From IMG/VR virus record IMGVR_UViG_3300045988_180775: a stretch of DNA of 64,000 nucleotides. One strand, given 5' to 3'. Position 1 is the first letter of the stretch. Each line of letters opens with the position of its first letter. Below, piece after piece: positions 8,658-17,713 of this stretch. The position numbers and the translations under genes were made by a program. Under the pieces are notes generated by a model. The model was not told the DNA's origin, ran no database searches, and was given only the letters and a program-made list of their open reading frames with translations. The stretch comes from a virus.

Positions 8658-9411
8658 GGGCCGTCACCTCTGTCATTTCCCCGTCGCAACGGAGAATCTT
8701 GAAGACCGCCATATCCACATTGGGATATGCCTCGGCAATCTTCTGGGCAACCTCGGCCTTGGAGGCTGCGTATACGTCCATGACGAGCATGGGACCACCG
8801 CAGTCCGCCCAGTTGCCCTCCTGGGATTCATCCATCGGGTCAGCATCCTCGGACAGCTGTTGGGGGAAGTAGCCCTGCGCGTCGCGCACATACGAGCTAT
8901 TCAGGAACACAAGATAGCGGCATTCCGCAACCTTGTCCCTGACTCGCTCAAAGAAGGCGCTGGCATCGAAGAGCTTTACCGCTTCCTCAAAGTGACTCGC
9001 ACACTCCTCCGCAGGGACAAACAGGGCAATTTCGTCACCCTCCGGGTCGGTATCCTCGCCGAACAGAACGGTCCCCCACGGCTTGCACTGCCTGGTCAGT
9101 TCCGTTGCAATGCTGCGGAGCGCTTTCCTCGCCTTCTGTTTGGCGTCCTTGACAGCAGGGACATCCATCCAGTTACTGTTGAACATCGTCGTGAGGAGCA
9201 TCCCATCCTCGCCGCTGTAAGTGACCGTATAGAGATTTGCGTCGCAGCCGGGGCTGAACTGATAGTGTTCGTACAGTTCCTTCACCGCAGCGGGAAGCCG
9301 CTCAGAGTCACCTGTCGAAAACCCAGAACCGGGATAGTTTACCTCGCCCTCGGCGTTACACCAGTAATACATGGAATCGGTCTGATATGCTTTGTTCAAA
9401 CTTTTAATCAT
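8650..9411 (-). CDS. hypothetical protein (253 aa)
   Basis: ORF. 8-nt overlap with next gene. Confidence 0.55.
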   Translation of the reverse strand: MIKSLNKAYQTDSMYYWCNAEGEVNYPGSGFSTGDSERLPAAVKELYEHYQFSPGCDANLYTVTYSGEDGMLLTTMFNSNWMDVPAVKDAKQKARKALRSIATELTRQCKPWGTVLFGEDTDPEGDEIALFVPAEECASHFEEAVKLFDASAFFERVRDKVAECRYLVFLNSSYVRDAQGYFPQQLSEDADPMDESQEGNWADCGGPMLVMDVYAASKAEVAQKIAEAYPNVDMAVFKILRCDGEMTEVTALV

Positions 9412-9440
9412 TTTTCATTTCTCCTTTTTCCGTATTTTTC

Positions 9441-9986
9441 TTATTCATTGCCCGCCCGGATAACCGCAGCGACGGCCTCTGGCGTCGCGCCGATGGCATC
9501 CGTATAGTTGATGAACTCGTCCTCGGCATAGTCGCGTCCGCCCACGATGTAGGCAGAAACTACCATAGTCCAGAGGTGTTTGAAATCCTCAACGGACATA
9601 TCGGCTGGCCGCTTAGCCAGCAGCCTTGGATGGGTCTTGGCAACAATGTCCAGCAGGGCATCTTCGTCGATGGTCTTGCTGTACGCATAGGTCTCCTTGT
9701 CGTTCAGGAGTCGTTCGACCTGTGCGGCCAGGATTTCGACGCGCTCATAAGCGGTCAGCTCCCCGGCACCGTCGTCAGGACCGCAGCCGTTGTCCAGCTG
9801 GGCCTGGAATGCGGCCAAGTCCTCGTCCCAACAGGCGGTGTGTGCCAAGTAATAATAGGCGTTCTCGGCAGCCACATTGACGTCGAACATGGAGTCATAC
9901 TCCAGCTCGTCCAGTGCCCTGTCGATGACCTCCCGAACCCGTTTAAGGGTGAGAGAGGAGGATTCGTAGTCTTTCAGCAATTTCAT
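9441..9986 (-). CDS. hypothetical protein (181 aa)
   Basis: ORF with RBS GAAAGGAGACAGAAGC. Confidence 0.55.
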   Translation of the reverse strand: MKLLKDYESSSLTLKRVREVIDRALDELEYDSMFDVNVAAENAYYYLAHTACWDEDLAAFQAQLDNGCGPDDGAGELTAYERVEILAAQVERLLNDKETYAYSKTIDEDALLDIVAKTHPRLLAKRPADMSVEDFKHLWTMVVSAYIVGGRDYAEDEFINYTDAIGATPEAVAAVIRAGNE

Positions 9987-10014
9987 GCTTCTGTCTCCTT
10001 TCGAGTCAAGAAAA

Positions 10015-11446
10015 TCAGTTGTTGGGCTTCAGAATATCGGGTATCCAGTTTTCAGCAGATGGCCTGCGGAGACTCTCCGGCACGCAATCATAGAACGCTG
10101 AATTTTCCGCCACAGCCATGTCGATAATCCAGAAATCGTCACCATTCTGCATCACGTCGATGCTCCACTGGCCTTGCAGGTCAAGCGCCGGCAGGAATTC
10201 CCGAATGTGTTCCACCACGGAATCGACATTCTCATGGTAGCGCCGCATCAAGGTCGCTTCGTGACTTTTGAAAATCACATAATCGTGCATCTGATGCGGA
10301 CTGTTTGCGTCCGAGCATGAACCAAAGCGATTGAGCATAGTCTTCGGCTCCCAATAGGGAGAGACACCGATGACAGCATCGCTGTCACAGTCAACAAATA
10401 CGCGATATTCCGTATGAAGCGGCAAACCATGATAGATGCAGGGATTTCCCTCTTTATCCGGAATGAATTCCCGCACGACCCACTCATTTGTCGTCGAGAC
10501 CCCATAAATGCAGGGAAAGCTAAGGGGACCGGCCATCTGTAACGCTTGATGGTGGATGTAGAGCAAAATACTCGCCAAGCTCTCGAACCTCTTTTTCTCC
10601 GTGTACCCGGCAATTCCGAAAGTCGAACTTCGATGAATAGGTGCCGGTTTTCACGAAGTAATCCCGCTCGTCATTCAGACGAAATACAGCGTGCGCCCAG
10701 TTATCGACGATTTGGATGGTCGAAGGCGTTAGGCTGTGATAGTCCAGACGAGTCAGCTGTAAGAGCGTCAGGGGGACCTTGGCTATCGTCGTTGCCGGAA
10801 TCCGGAAGAATCCAGAATCCCGGTAGGCACTCACAAGCTCCGGGAACCAATGTCCGATGGAGTTGCGATTCTGCCCGATGATGCGGTAGGCCAGCGCATC
10901 AAGGTCAAGGATGTCCAGTCCCTGCCGAAAGCGGTCATACGCATCCCTACGGTCCTTCGGCGTCTTCCCGTTCTGCATCTTGTCGTAGTAGAACAGGAGC
11001 GCAGCTGAGGCAGTGATGTCAAGGTCTCTCTTCATCAGTTCCCCACTCAGCTGCGGTCGCAGCGAAGCTGGAATTCGCAGCAGGTCCTGATTGGTGACAG
11101 GAGCATTTTTCTCCGGTGCGTTGGAAAGCGATTTTTCAATTTTGTCTGTTTTTCCATCATAAGTGTAGGTCAGCGTCTGCCCGATAAGCTCCTTCACGAT
11201 GCGCTCCGTAAGAGCTTTCAGCTCTTCCGGGCTGTCGTCGCCGAGCCGCTCGTTTTTCGCCGCTGCCTGCCTGGAATTGACCTCAAAAATGCTTTCTGGC
11301 TCAGTCTGCAACGCAGCTTTGGAATATGCCTTCTCGAAGGCGTCCAGTGCATCAGGACTGACGCGCAGGATTTCCGCGATTCGGTCTCTGCTGATGTTGA
11401 ATTTCTGCGCGGATGCCTGAGCAAACAGATTGTCTAATCCAAACAT
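10015..11446 (-). pseudogene. ATP-grasp-like protein split by a frameshift near 10520-10580
   Basis: Two ORFs (10520..11446 and 10015..10578) overlap by about 58 nt in different frames. Upstream part ends ...DYFVKTGTYSSKFDFRNCRVHGEKEV and downstream part contains EYRVFVDCDSDAVIGVSPYW. Together these resemble one ATP-grasp fold. Confidence 0.45.
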
Positions 11447-11458
11447 CTTTACCCCCCC

Positions 11459-12205
11459 TTATGCAATTTGGAAATCGGCGTTTTTTACATAGTCTTCCGC
11501 TTTCTTCTGAAGCTGGTTGACCTTGCAAATCACGTTCTCCTCGTCGTCGATATCCTCGTAACTGCTGTCACAGCCGTCTACCACATTACCGTTTGCGGCA
11601 ATGTAGAGCGTATCGAAGGAAATGCTATCGTACTCCGTAGAGTAATCCGTTACCAGCTCGTCCATGTCGGTCCTGAGCACCTCCGGTGCTCTTACGCCGA
11701 TGCCGTTCTTGTTGGCACGGCCGGTATTGAGCAGCCAATTCAAATCGTCATCCTTGACCGAATGCTTTTTACCCCGGCCGAGGAAGGACAAGCCTCTCAG
11801 AATTTTCGCGTTGTCGTTGTCGCGGAACGCCTCGTGGAACATATCCACAGAGACATCGACCTCGCACATATCTGGCTCTTCCATCTTAGGATATGCCTCC
11901 AGCAGCGTCAGCGCGAGGTCGCGCATCTGCTCCTTCGACGCCGCTCCGTTGGTGGCAACGTAGAAAGAATTCGGCATCGTACCGTAACGCTCCGCAAGTT
12001 CAAAGTATCGCTTGATGGCCGGCACATTCAAAGATGGCTCGCCGCCCGTGAAAGTGACGGAACTGGGATAGATGTGCTTGGCGATTTCCGATAAGGTGGC
12101 TGTTGAAATGTCCAGATTCTGCGCATCTCCGCGCAGGCAGTGCTCGCATTTCATGTTGCAGCGCCGCGTGACCTCAATGACGAGGGACTCTACATGAATC
12201 TCCAT
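11459..12205 (-). CDS. radical SAM enzyme (CxxxCxxC; QueE/NrdG/viperin-like core)
   Basis: CNMKCEHC cluster motif at residues 16-23 and TFTGGEPSL glycine-rich SAM motif. First gene after cassette copy 3. Confidence 0.8.
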   Translation of the reverse strand: MEIHVESLVIEVTRRCNMKCEHCLRGDAQNLDISTATLSEIAKHIYPSSVTFTGGEPSLNVPAIKRYFELAERYGTMPNSFYVATNGAASKEQMRDLALTLLEAYPKMEEPDMCEVDVSVDMFHEAFRDNDNAKILRGLSFLGRGKKHSVKDDDLNWLLNTGRANKNGIGVRAPEVLRTDMDELVTDYSTEYDSISFDTLYIAANGNVVDGCDSSYEDIDDEENVICKVNQLQKKAEDYVKNADFQIA

Positions 12206-12385
12206 TTTTCATTTCTCCTTTTTTGTGATGGTTATGTGATATATAAAAGCCAGCACCCACGCGGACGCTGACTGAACTTTCTTTATGTTTGTGATACTTC
12301 CTTTGTATGGTCTGAGCATACCGGCGGAAGTGGAAAATGCCACATTCACCTTCCAAGAACCTGAGAACCGAGGAACTGGAGAACT
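12206..12385 (-). promoter_or_regulatory. conserved intergenic cassette copy 3
   Basis: Hairpin B cagcacccacgcggacgctg, hairpin A gtatggtctgagcatac, GAACCTGAGAACCGAGGAACTGGAGAAC at 12358-12385. Confidence 0.7.
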
Positions 12386-12396
12386 GCAAAGAAAAA

Positions 12397-12425
12397 GCGC
12401 CGTCCATTACGGGCGGCGCTTTTTC
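12397..12425 (-). terminator. rho-independent terminator (bidirectional shape)
   Basis: aaaaagcgccgtccattacgggcggcgcttttt, with A-run and T-run flanks. Confidence 0.75.
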
Positions 12426-12426
12426 A

Positions 12427-13344
12427 TCAAATTTTGTGGGTGCAGTACGGGCAGCGCTCGTCTGTCGCGTAGCAGATGCACTCGGTATCATCCTGCCAGG
12501 GGTGGCAGGTATTGATGCGAAACCGTGCGGAAAGTGCGGTTTCCAGATAGTCTGTCACAGGACCAATGGCGGCCATATCCCAGCGAAGTGGAAGCCCGTC
12601 GTCGGCATTCTCCTGCAAGGAGTGTTCGCCGGCGGCTTCCTTCGCCTCGTCCGTGGCGTCAGACAGGAGGCCTTCCGGAAGCACGTTGACGTGTTCCACG
12701 GAAAGCTCATTTACAGCTGCGAGAAGAGCCTCTTTCGGCTCCTCCCCGTTTATGCTGTGGCCTGTAACAACCGCACAGATGAAATCGAACACTGCGTTGT
12801 CAATGCGGTCGCCGGCCTCGGTGAGGAGGTCATCGTCCTTCACAGGCTCCCTGCGGATGGTGCCATGCGTCCACGGCCCCGTGTAGGTGCCGATACTTGG
12901 CAGGCGCTCCAGAAGAGCCGCCTTCATACCGTCGAGATATGCCTTGTAGTGCTTCTTCTGGAAACCCTCCGAACAGGGGTTATCCTTCTGAAGCAGTTCC
13001 ACGGCATAGGCCCAGTCGCTGTCCACGACGCCAATGTAAAACAGGCTGCTTTCGAGGATGACGCGCACATCGCGGCCAAGCCACTTAACCTGATTGACAC
13101 GAGCAAAGCTGGGATACCTGTGCGTGAAGTTCTCCACAAAGCACTCCAGCACATCCTCCAGCTCGTTCGCACTGCCTTCGTCATCGAAGAGCCAGTCGCT
13201 GCCGGACAAATCCTTGGCGCTGAGGTCTTTCCGGAGGATGGTATCCTCACAGTCATCCTCGCGGCGAAGCACTGTGGTATAGTCGTTGTCGATATAGAAC
13301 AGGCCCTCATACGGACCGCTCACACAAACATTACCTTTTCCCAT
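12427..13344 (-). CDS. hypothetical protein with C-terminal Cys cluster (305 aa)
   Basis: ORF. C-terminus CHPWQDDTECICYATDERCPYC. Confidence 0.55.
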   Translation of the reverse strand: MGKGNVCVSGPYEGLFYIDNDYTTVLRREDDCEDTILRKDLSAKDLSGSDWLFDDEGSANELEDVLECFVENFTHRYPSFARVNQVKWLGRDVRVILESSLFYIGVVDSDWAYAVELLQKDNPCSEGFQKKHYKAYLDGMKAALLERLPSIGTYTGPWTHGTIRREPVKDDDLLTEAGDRIDNAVFDFICAVVTGHSINGEEPKEALLAAVNELSVEHVNVLPEGLLSDATDEAKEAAGEHSLQENADDGLPLRWDMAAIGPVTDYLETALSARFRINTCHPWQDDTECICYATDERCPYCTHKI

Positions 13345-13382
13345 TTTTTCATTTCTCCTTATTGTTAAAAAATCGTAGATTC

Positions 13383-13586
13383 TCAGATGTCGTCATCACC
13401 GACATCGAACCCCAAATGACAGAATCCAAACTCGTCGGACAGCCAGTTGGAAATCGTGTCGAGCCATTCTTCCCTACTTGCAAAATGGGACTGGTCGAAT
13501 CTACTCGGCAGCTCGACTTCCTTCGGCAGGGAGGCAAGAGCCTCCCTGCCGCCATCGGTATCCCAAAGGATATTGCGGATTTTCAT
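13383..13586 (-). CDS. small hypothetical protein (67 aa)
   Basis: Trimmed to ATG 13586 with RBS AAAGGAGAAATAATG. Confidence 0.4.
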   Translation of the reverse strand: MKIRNILWDTDGGREALASLPKEVELPSRFDQSHFASREEWLDTISNWLSDEFGFCHLGFDVGDDDI

Positions 13587-13597
13587 TATTTCTCCTT

Positions 13598-14002
13598 TCA
13601 GTCGGCGGACACATACCACCAGCCGGTGTATCTGTCTTCTTCGTGATTTCTTTCGTCCTCCTTGCGGTCGTAGTAGCCGGTGTGGAGGTCAAAGGCCTCC
13701 CCCCGTTCGTTGTAAAGCTGCCACAGGAGGTCGCACAGCGCGTTCGCGGCAGATTCTGTCTTGCACAGAATCTGGTCCCCATCGCTCCAGACTTCGCCAT
13801 CGGAATAGTCGCGAACCCGCGCACAGATGAACGAAAAGAAATCCTTTTCTGCATAGCTGTCGCAGTTCACGGAGATATCGAGCGTTTTGCTGACATTCTC
13901 AATCTCGTCGTAGTGTCTTTTGACGAGATAGTTGTTCACGATGAACTGCATCCGCTTGGAGCACACGCCCACATGAGTGCAGTTGAGACAAGTCTTCTGC
14001 AT
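13598..14002 (-). CDS. hypothetical protein (134 aa)
   Basis: ORF with RBS GAAGGAGGATTGCTGAT. Confidence 0.5.
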   Translation of the reverse strand: MQKTCLNCTHVGVCSKRMQFIVNNYLVKRHYDEIENVSKTLDISVNCDSYAEKDFFSFICARVRDYSDGEVWSDGDQILCKTESAANALCDLLWQLYNERGEAFDLHTGYYDRKEDERNHEEDRYTGWWYVSAD

Positions 14003-14003
14003 A

Positions 14004-14678
14004 TCAGCAATCCTCCTTCATCATGAAATCCTTCATAGCGTAGTCCTGGCAGCCGTCATCGCCCAGTCTCGGAGCCTTTCCGGTGACGAAGGGCAGCTTG
14101 CAGATGCCATGCGGATTGAAGACGCAGAACTCCGCGTCGCATTCCGTACACAGCTTCTCCAGTTCGGCGTAGTTATCCCGCTCCTGGTCGGAACTGCACT
14201 CAATCTTCGTCAGATATTTCAGGCTGGCATTCATGGTATTTCCGGTTTTGAGCAGGTAGTTGAACATACCGTTTCCGGTATCGTCCTTCTCAACGCTCAA
14301 GAACATCACAGCGGCACCGTTGGAATCCGGAAGCATTTTGACGATTTTGACCGTGGCACGGGAAGCGTTCTCCGTCCCAAAGCCATAGGCACAAACATCG
14401 CCGACCTTCAGCTCCTGTGCAGGCTGATTATGACGGCAGGTATCGGTCTCGGAGTTGTAATCGCAGTTCTCCACGCACTTGCCCTCCGGATGCTGGCAGG
14501 CGTCGCAGAGCATCAGCCGATTGCCGCAATGAGGGCAGAACGCCTTGTAGCCGTCTGCGGCCACATTCCATCGCATCTCGACCTCTGCTTCGCAATGCGG
14601 GCAGACCTCTGTCACGATATACTCGCGGTCTTTGCAGGAACCGGTGGTTTTCTCACTAATATTAGTCATAATTCTCAT
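14004..14678 (-). CDS. Cys-rich putative zinc-binding protein (224 aa)
   Basis: Multiple CxxC pairs (CPHCEAE...CPHCGNRLMLCDAC...CVENC). The ATG 9 nt further in (14669) has better SD spacing. Confidence 0.55.
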   Translation of the reverse strand: MRIMTNISEKTTGSCKDREYIVTEVCPHCEAEVEMRWNVAADGYKAFCPHCGNRLMLCDACQHPEGKCVENCDYNSETDTCRHNQPAQELKVGDVCAYGFGTENASRATVKIVKMLPDSNGAAVMFLSVEKDDTGNGMFNYLLKTGNTMNASLKYLTKIECSSDQERDNYAELEKLCTECDAEFCVFNPHGICKLPFVTGKAPRLGDDGCQDYAMKDFMMKEDC

Positions 14679-14693
14679 TCTCCTTCTTTTTTG

Positions 14694-15392
14694 TCAGTCA
14701 CGCCAGTATGCGCCGTCTTTCGCTTCGCCCTTCGGGAAAACGGTATACTCTGTTCCGTGCAGCACGATGTACTCATGGTCCAGAACATTGGCAGAATCTC
14801 CAACGTCAATGGTCTGAATGTTGAATACCTGCTTTGTGTCCAGACAGACATCTGCCTTTGTCGCCGCAATGCAATTTCCGCCGTCCCAAACGGAGACATA
14901 AGGGATGTTGCGAACGATGGAAGGCTCTTCCTCAGTGCTCTGCTCAGCTTTCTCCAGAGCTGCCCGTACCTCGCCAATCTGCCAAGAAGGCATCAACGGG
15001 AATCCGGCTCTCGTATAGAGACCGCCGCCCGCCTCCGCCTTCTCCAAGGCGGCCTTTGCGGCGTCCTCGGATGCGAAGATGGTGTACTGGCTGACCTCGA
15101 TACCGGGCAAGTAGGAAAACGTCTTCGTTTTACCATCAGAGCATTCGACTTCGGTCATTCCCGAATAGGCAACGCCCGTCCAGCCAAACCAACCGGGTTC
15201 CACAAATTCGGAGAAGGTCACAGTAGACACCGTTACTTTTACGACCGCCAACTCTCTCGTGGACGGACGATACAGCCGACCGTATTTGTTGACTTTCTGC
15301 TTAAAGGTGATTGCGTACACCTCGGAGCCAATGCCGATGGGAACGCCGTCAGCAGTCTTGCACGCTGGTAAGAGATATGCCTTGTTCTTCAT
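14694..15392 (-). CDS. hypothetical protein (232 aa), first gene after cassette copy 4
   Basis: ORF with conserved TIR AAAAAGGAGAAACGAAAAAAATG. Confidence 0.55.
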   Translation of the reverse strand: MKNKAYLLPACKTADGVPIGIGSEVYAITFKQKVNKYGRLYRPSTRELAVVKVTVSTVTFSEFVEPGWFGWTGVAYSGMTEVECSDGKTKTFSYLPGIEVSQYTIFASEDAAKAALEKAEAGGGLYTRAGFPLMPSWQIGEVRAALEKAEQSTEEEPSIVRNIPYVSVWDGGNCIAATKADVCLDTKQVFNIQTIDVGDSANVLDHEYIVLHGTEYTVFPKGEAKDGAYWRD

Positions 15393-15570
15393 TTTTTTCG
15401 TTTCTCCTTTTTGTTTATGAAATTTTTATATATAAAAGCCAGCATCCGCAACGGACGCTGACTGAACTTTCTTTGTGTTTGAGATACTTCTTTTGTATGA
15501 TTTCAGCATACCGGCAGAAGAGAAAAAATCACCTATTTCCTGATGGAGAACCTAAGAATATGAGAACTCG
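15393..15570 (-). promoter_or_regulatory. conserved intergenic cassette copy 4
   Basis: Hairpin B cagcatccgcaacggacgctg, hairpin A gtatgatttcagcatac (variant), GAGAACCTAAGAATATGAGAAC at 15545-15568. Confidence 0.65.
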
Positions 15571-15630
15571 ATTGTGGCAAAACATGGAAAAAGCGCCGGC
15601 GGATATTTTCATCCACCGACGCTTCAGTTG

Positions 15631-16626
15631 TTAAGTCGCGTGGAGCTTCCACTCGCTCTTCTCGCGGTCCACCGTATAGATGAATGGCAGCGTGCCAGCC
15701 ATCTCCCAGTTGATATACTTGCTGGGTTCCTGCGTTGTGACGACGCGATTGATGACGATGTGGCCTTCCCTGTCGGACTCGACATACTTGCCGTCACCGT
15801 CCTCGATAAAGGAGTTGACGCTGAAATCCTGACCGGAACGGTACTGCTTCAGCTCAATCGCCATCCAGATGACCTCATGGAAGCCAGCCTTAGCGGCCTC
15901 AATGGTATCGGCAGCGAATTTGTACCCGTAGCAGCCATCGCCGTCTTCCAGCATGATGCTGTTCACATATTTCTGCTCTTCCGCATCCCACTCCTTCAGG
16001 AGCTTCTTGTAGTCCATCTTCTCGTAGGTAGGACGGATGATGCGAAGCACTGCTTCCTGCTCGTCCTTTGATAAGGGGCGCACTGCCTCTACACAGACAT
16101 CACCGAGCCACAGAGATACCGTGAGGTATGGCTTTGCGAGCTTGGTGCAGTATTCGTCTACATCCGCATAGATGTTACAGTAGGAATCGTTCTGCTCCGT
16201 TTCAAAAAAGGTTCCGAATAGTCGGTCCACATCGGAAATGCCTTCCAGCATGACGTTCCACGTCTGCGTTTCATCGTCAAATAGGAAAGCATCGTTATTA
16301 TAACGGTCAACGCAGAAATCAGAGTCGGTGATTTCTGCTCCCATGAGCTTCAGGGAGTCGATTTTTGCCAGTGACTTTCCCTTCTCTTCCTCTGAGCTTT
16401 CAACGAGACGAAGAGATGACGTAAGGAAATTTGACCGCTTCTCGTCCTGAAACAGCACCTCTACCATCTGGAGGTAAGGCTTGGTCTTCAGAAGGGCCAT
16501 GATTCTGCCCGTCTGGTTATGGCGCTTGTTGCCGGAGGTGATGACCTGTACGGCGTCGAACAGGTGAAGGTTGATGCCATTGACATCCTTTACTTCGCTC
16601 CACTTCGGCATGATTCTATTATTCAT
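15631..16626 (-). CDS. hypothetical protein (331 aa)
   Basis: ORF with RBS AAAAGGAGAAATGAAAC. Confidence 0.6.
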   Translation of the reverse strand: MNNRIMPKWSEVKDVNGINLHLFDAVQVITSGNKRHNQTGRIMALLKTKPYLQMVEVLFQDEKRSNFLTSSLRLVESSEEEKGKSLAKIDSLKLMGAEITDSDFCVDRYNNDAFLFDDETQTWNVMLEGISDVDRLFGTFFETEQNDSYCNIYADVDEYCTKLAKPYLTVSLWLGDVCVEAVRPLSKDEQEAVLRIIRPTYEKMDYKKLLKEWDAEEQKYVNSIMLEDGDGCYGYKFAADTIEAAKAGFHEVIWMAIELKQYRSGQDFSVNSFIEDGDGKYVESDREGHIVINRVVTTQEPSKYINWEMAGTLPFIYTVDREKSEWKLHAT

Positions 16627-16643
16627 GTTTCATTTCTCCTTTT

Positions 16644-17057
16644 TTAAGTCCACATCAAATTTATGCCGCCAACCTGCTCCACACGCTCTGTGATTTTCTG
16701 CGCGTCCTTCATACCGGGAATCGCGAATCTTGCGTTCCAAGCACGAATCAAATCCGACAAGGTTTTATCCTTGACGGGCACGGCAAAATCACAGCAGAAG
16801 TTGTATAGGGGCTGGTCCAGCATTTCCTCGTACACATCTTCGGTTCCTTCCACAATACGAATCCGCTTGGCTGTATCGTGGATGTTGATGCGTCCGAGGT
16901 AGAGATGTCCGTGCAGTTCCTTCAGAGCCTTCAGCTTTTCTCGGTTCAGGTCGTTCAGAACACTGTCGGCCTCCGGCAGATTCAAAATGCCGCCGACGGA
17001 ACGGATATGCTCCATCTCGGCTTGCATAAGCTGGTCGATTTTTTCCTGTGCGTTCAT
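16644..17057 (-). CDS. hypothetical protein (138 aa)
   Basis: Trimmed to ATG 17057 with RBS AAAGGAGAAAAC, 13 nt after previous stop. Confidence 0.5.
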   Translation of the reverse strand: MNAQEKIDQLMQAEMEHIRSVGGILNLPEADSVLNDLNREKLKALKELHGHLYLGRINIHDTAKRIRIVEGTEDVYEEMLDQPLYNFCCDFAVPVKDKTLSDLIRAWNARFAIPGMKDAQKITERVEQVGGINLMWT

Positions 17058-17070
17058 GTTTTCTCCTTTC

Positions 17071-17442
17071 TCAAGCTGCCATCTGGTACAGCCATGCTTC
17101 AAAGTCTTCATAGTCCATCAGCCGTCCATCCACCTCGACGAATCCAGGCTGCGTTGTGCCGCGAACAACGGAAAAGGAATCTCCGCCGCCACAGAAAACG
17201 CGAATGTTCGTTCTGGAGATGCTCTCGCAGCGCAAGAAATACGAGCCGAGGCGTTCCCAAATTCGGGACATCTCCTCGTCGGTCGCTTCCCAACTGCGGT
17301 TTTGGCTGGTACGGACCTTTGTTGCGGATACGGACAACTCAACCTGCTCCGTATCTTCCGGCAGCCCAAGCTCCGCGCAGACCTCTTTCCACTTTGTTTC
17401 GTCACCGAAACCCCTCTTAAACATCATTGCTTTCATGTTCAT
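17071..17442 (-). CDS. hypothetical protein (123 aa), first gene after cassette copy 5
   Basis: ORF with conserved TIR AAAAAGGAGAAATGAACATG. Confidence 0.5.
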   Translation of the reverse strand: MNMKAMMFKRGFGDETKWKEVCAELGLPEDTEQVELSVSATKVRTSQNRSWEATDEEMSRIWERLGSYFLRCESISRTNIRVFCGGGDSFSVVRGTTQPGFVEVDGRLMDYEDFEAWLYQMAA

Positions 17443-17606
17443 TTCTCCTTTTTGTTTATGAATTTTTTATATATAAAAGCCAGCATCCGCAACGGACGCT
17501 GACTGAACTTTCTTTGTGTTTGAGATACTTCCTTTGTATGCTCTGAGCATACCGGCAAATATGGAAACACGCCTATTTTAATGTTGGGAACCTGAGAACC
17601 GAAGAA
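17443..17606 (-). promoter_or_regulatory. conserved intergenic cassette copy 5
   Basis: Near-identical to copy 4. GGGAACCTGAGAACCGAAGAATAC at 17586-17609. Confidence 0.7.
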
Positions 17607-17680
17607 TACATATCGTCACGCGCAATGTCCGCTTCACGCTGGCGGAACTGCTCGATTGGATTTAAGAAACGGAGAATAGC

Positions 17681-17713
17681 AAAAAAACGCCGCCCATCTG
17701 GGCGGCGTTTCTT
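17681..17713 (-). terminator. rho-independent terminator after sigma gene
   Basis: aaaaaaacgccgcccatctgggcggcgtttctt. On minus strand the stem is followed by TTTTTTT. Confidence 0.75.
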
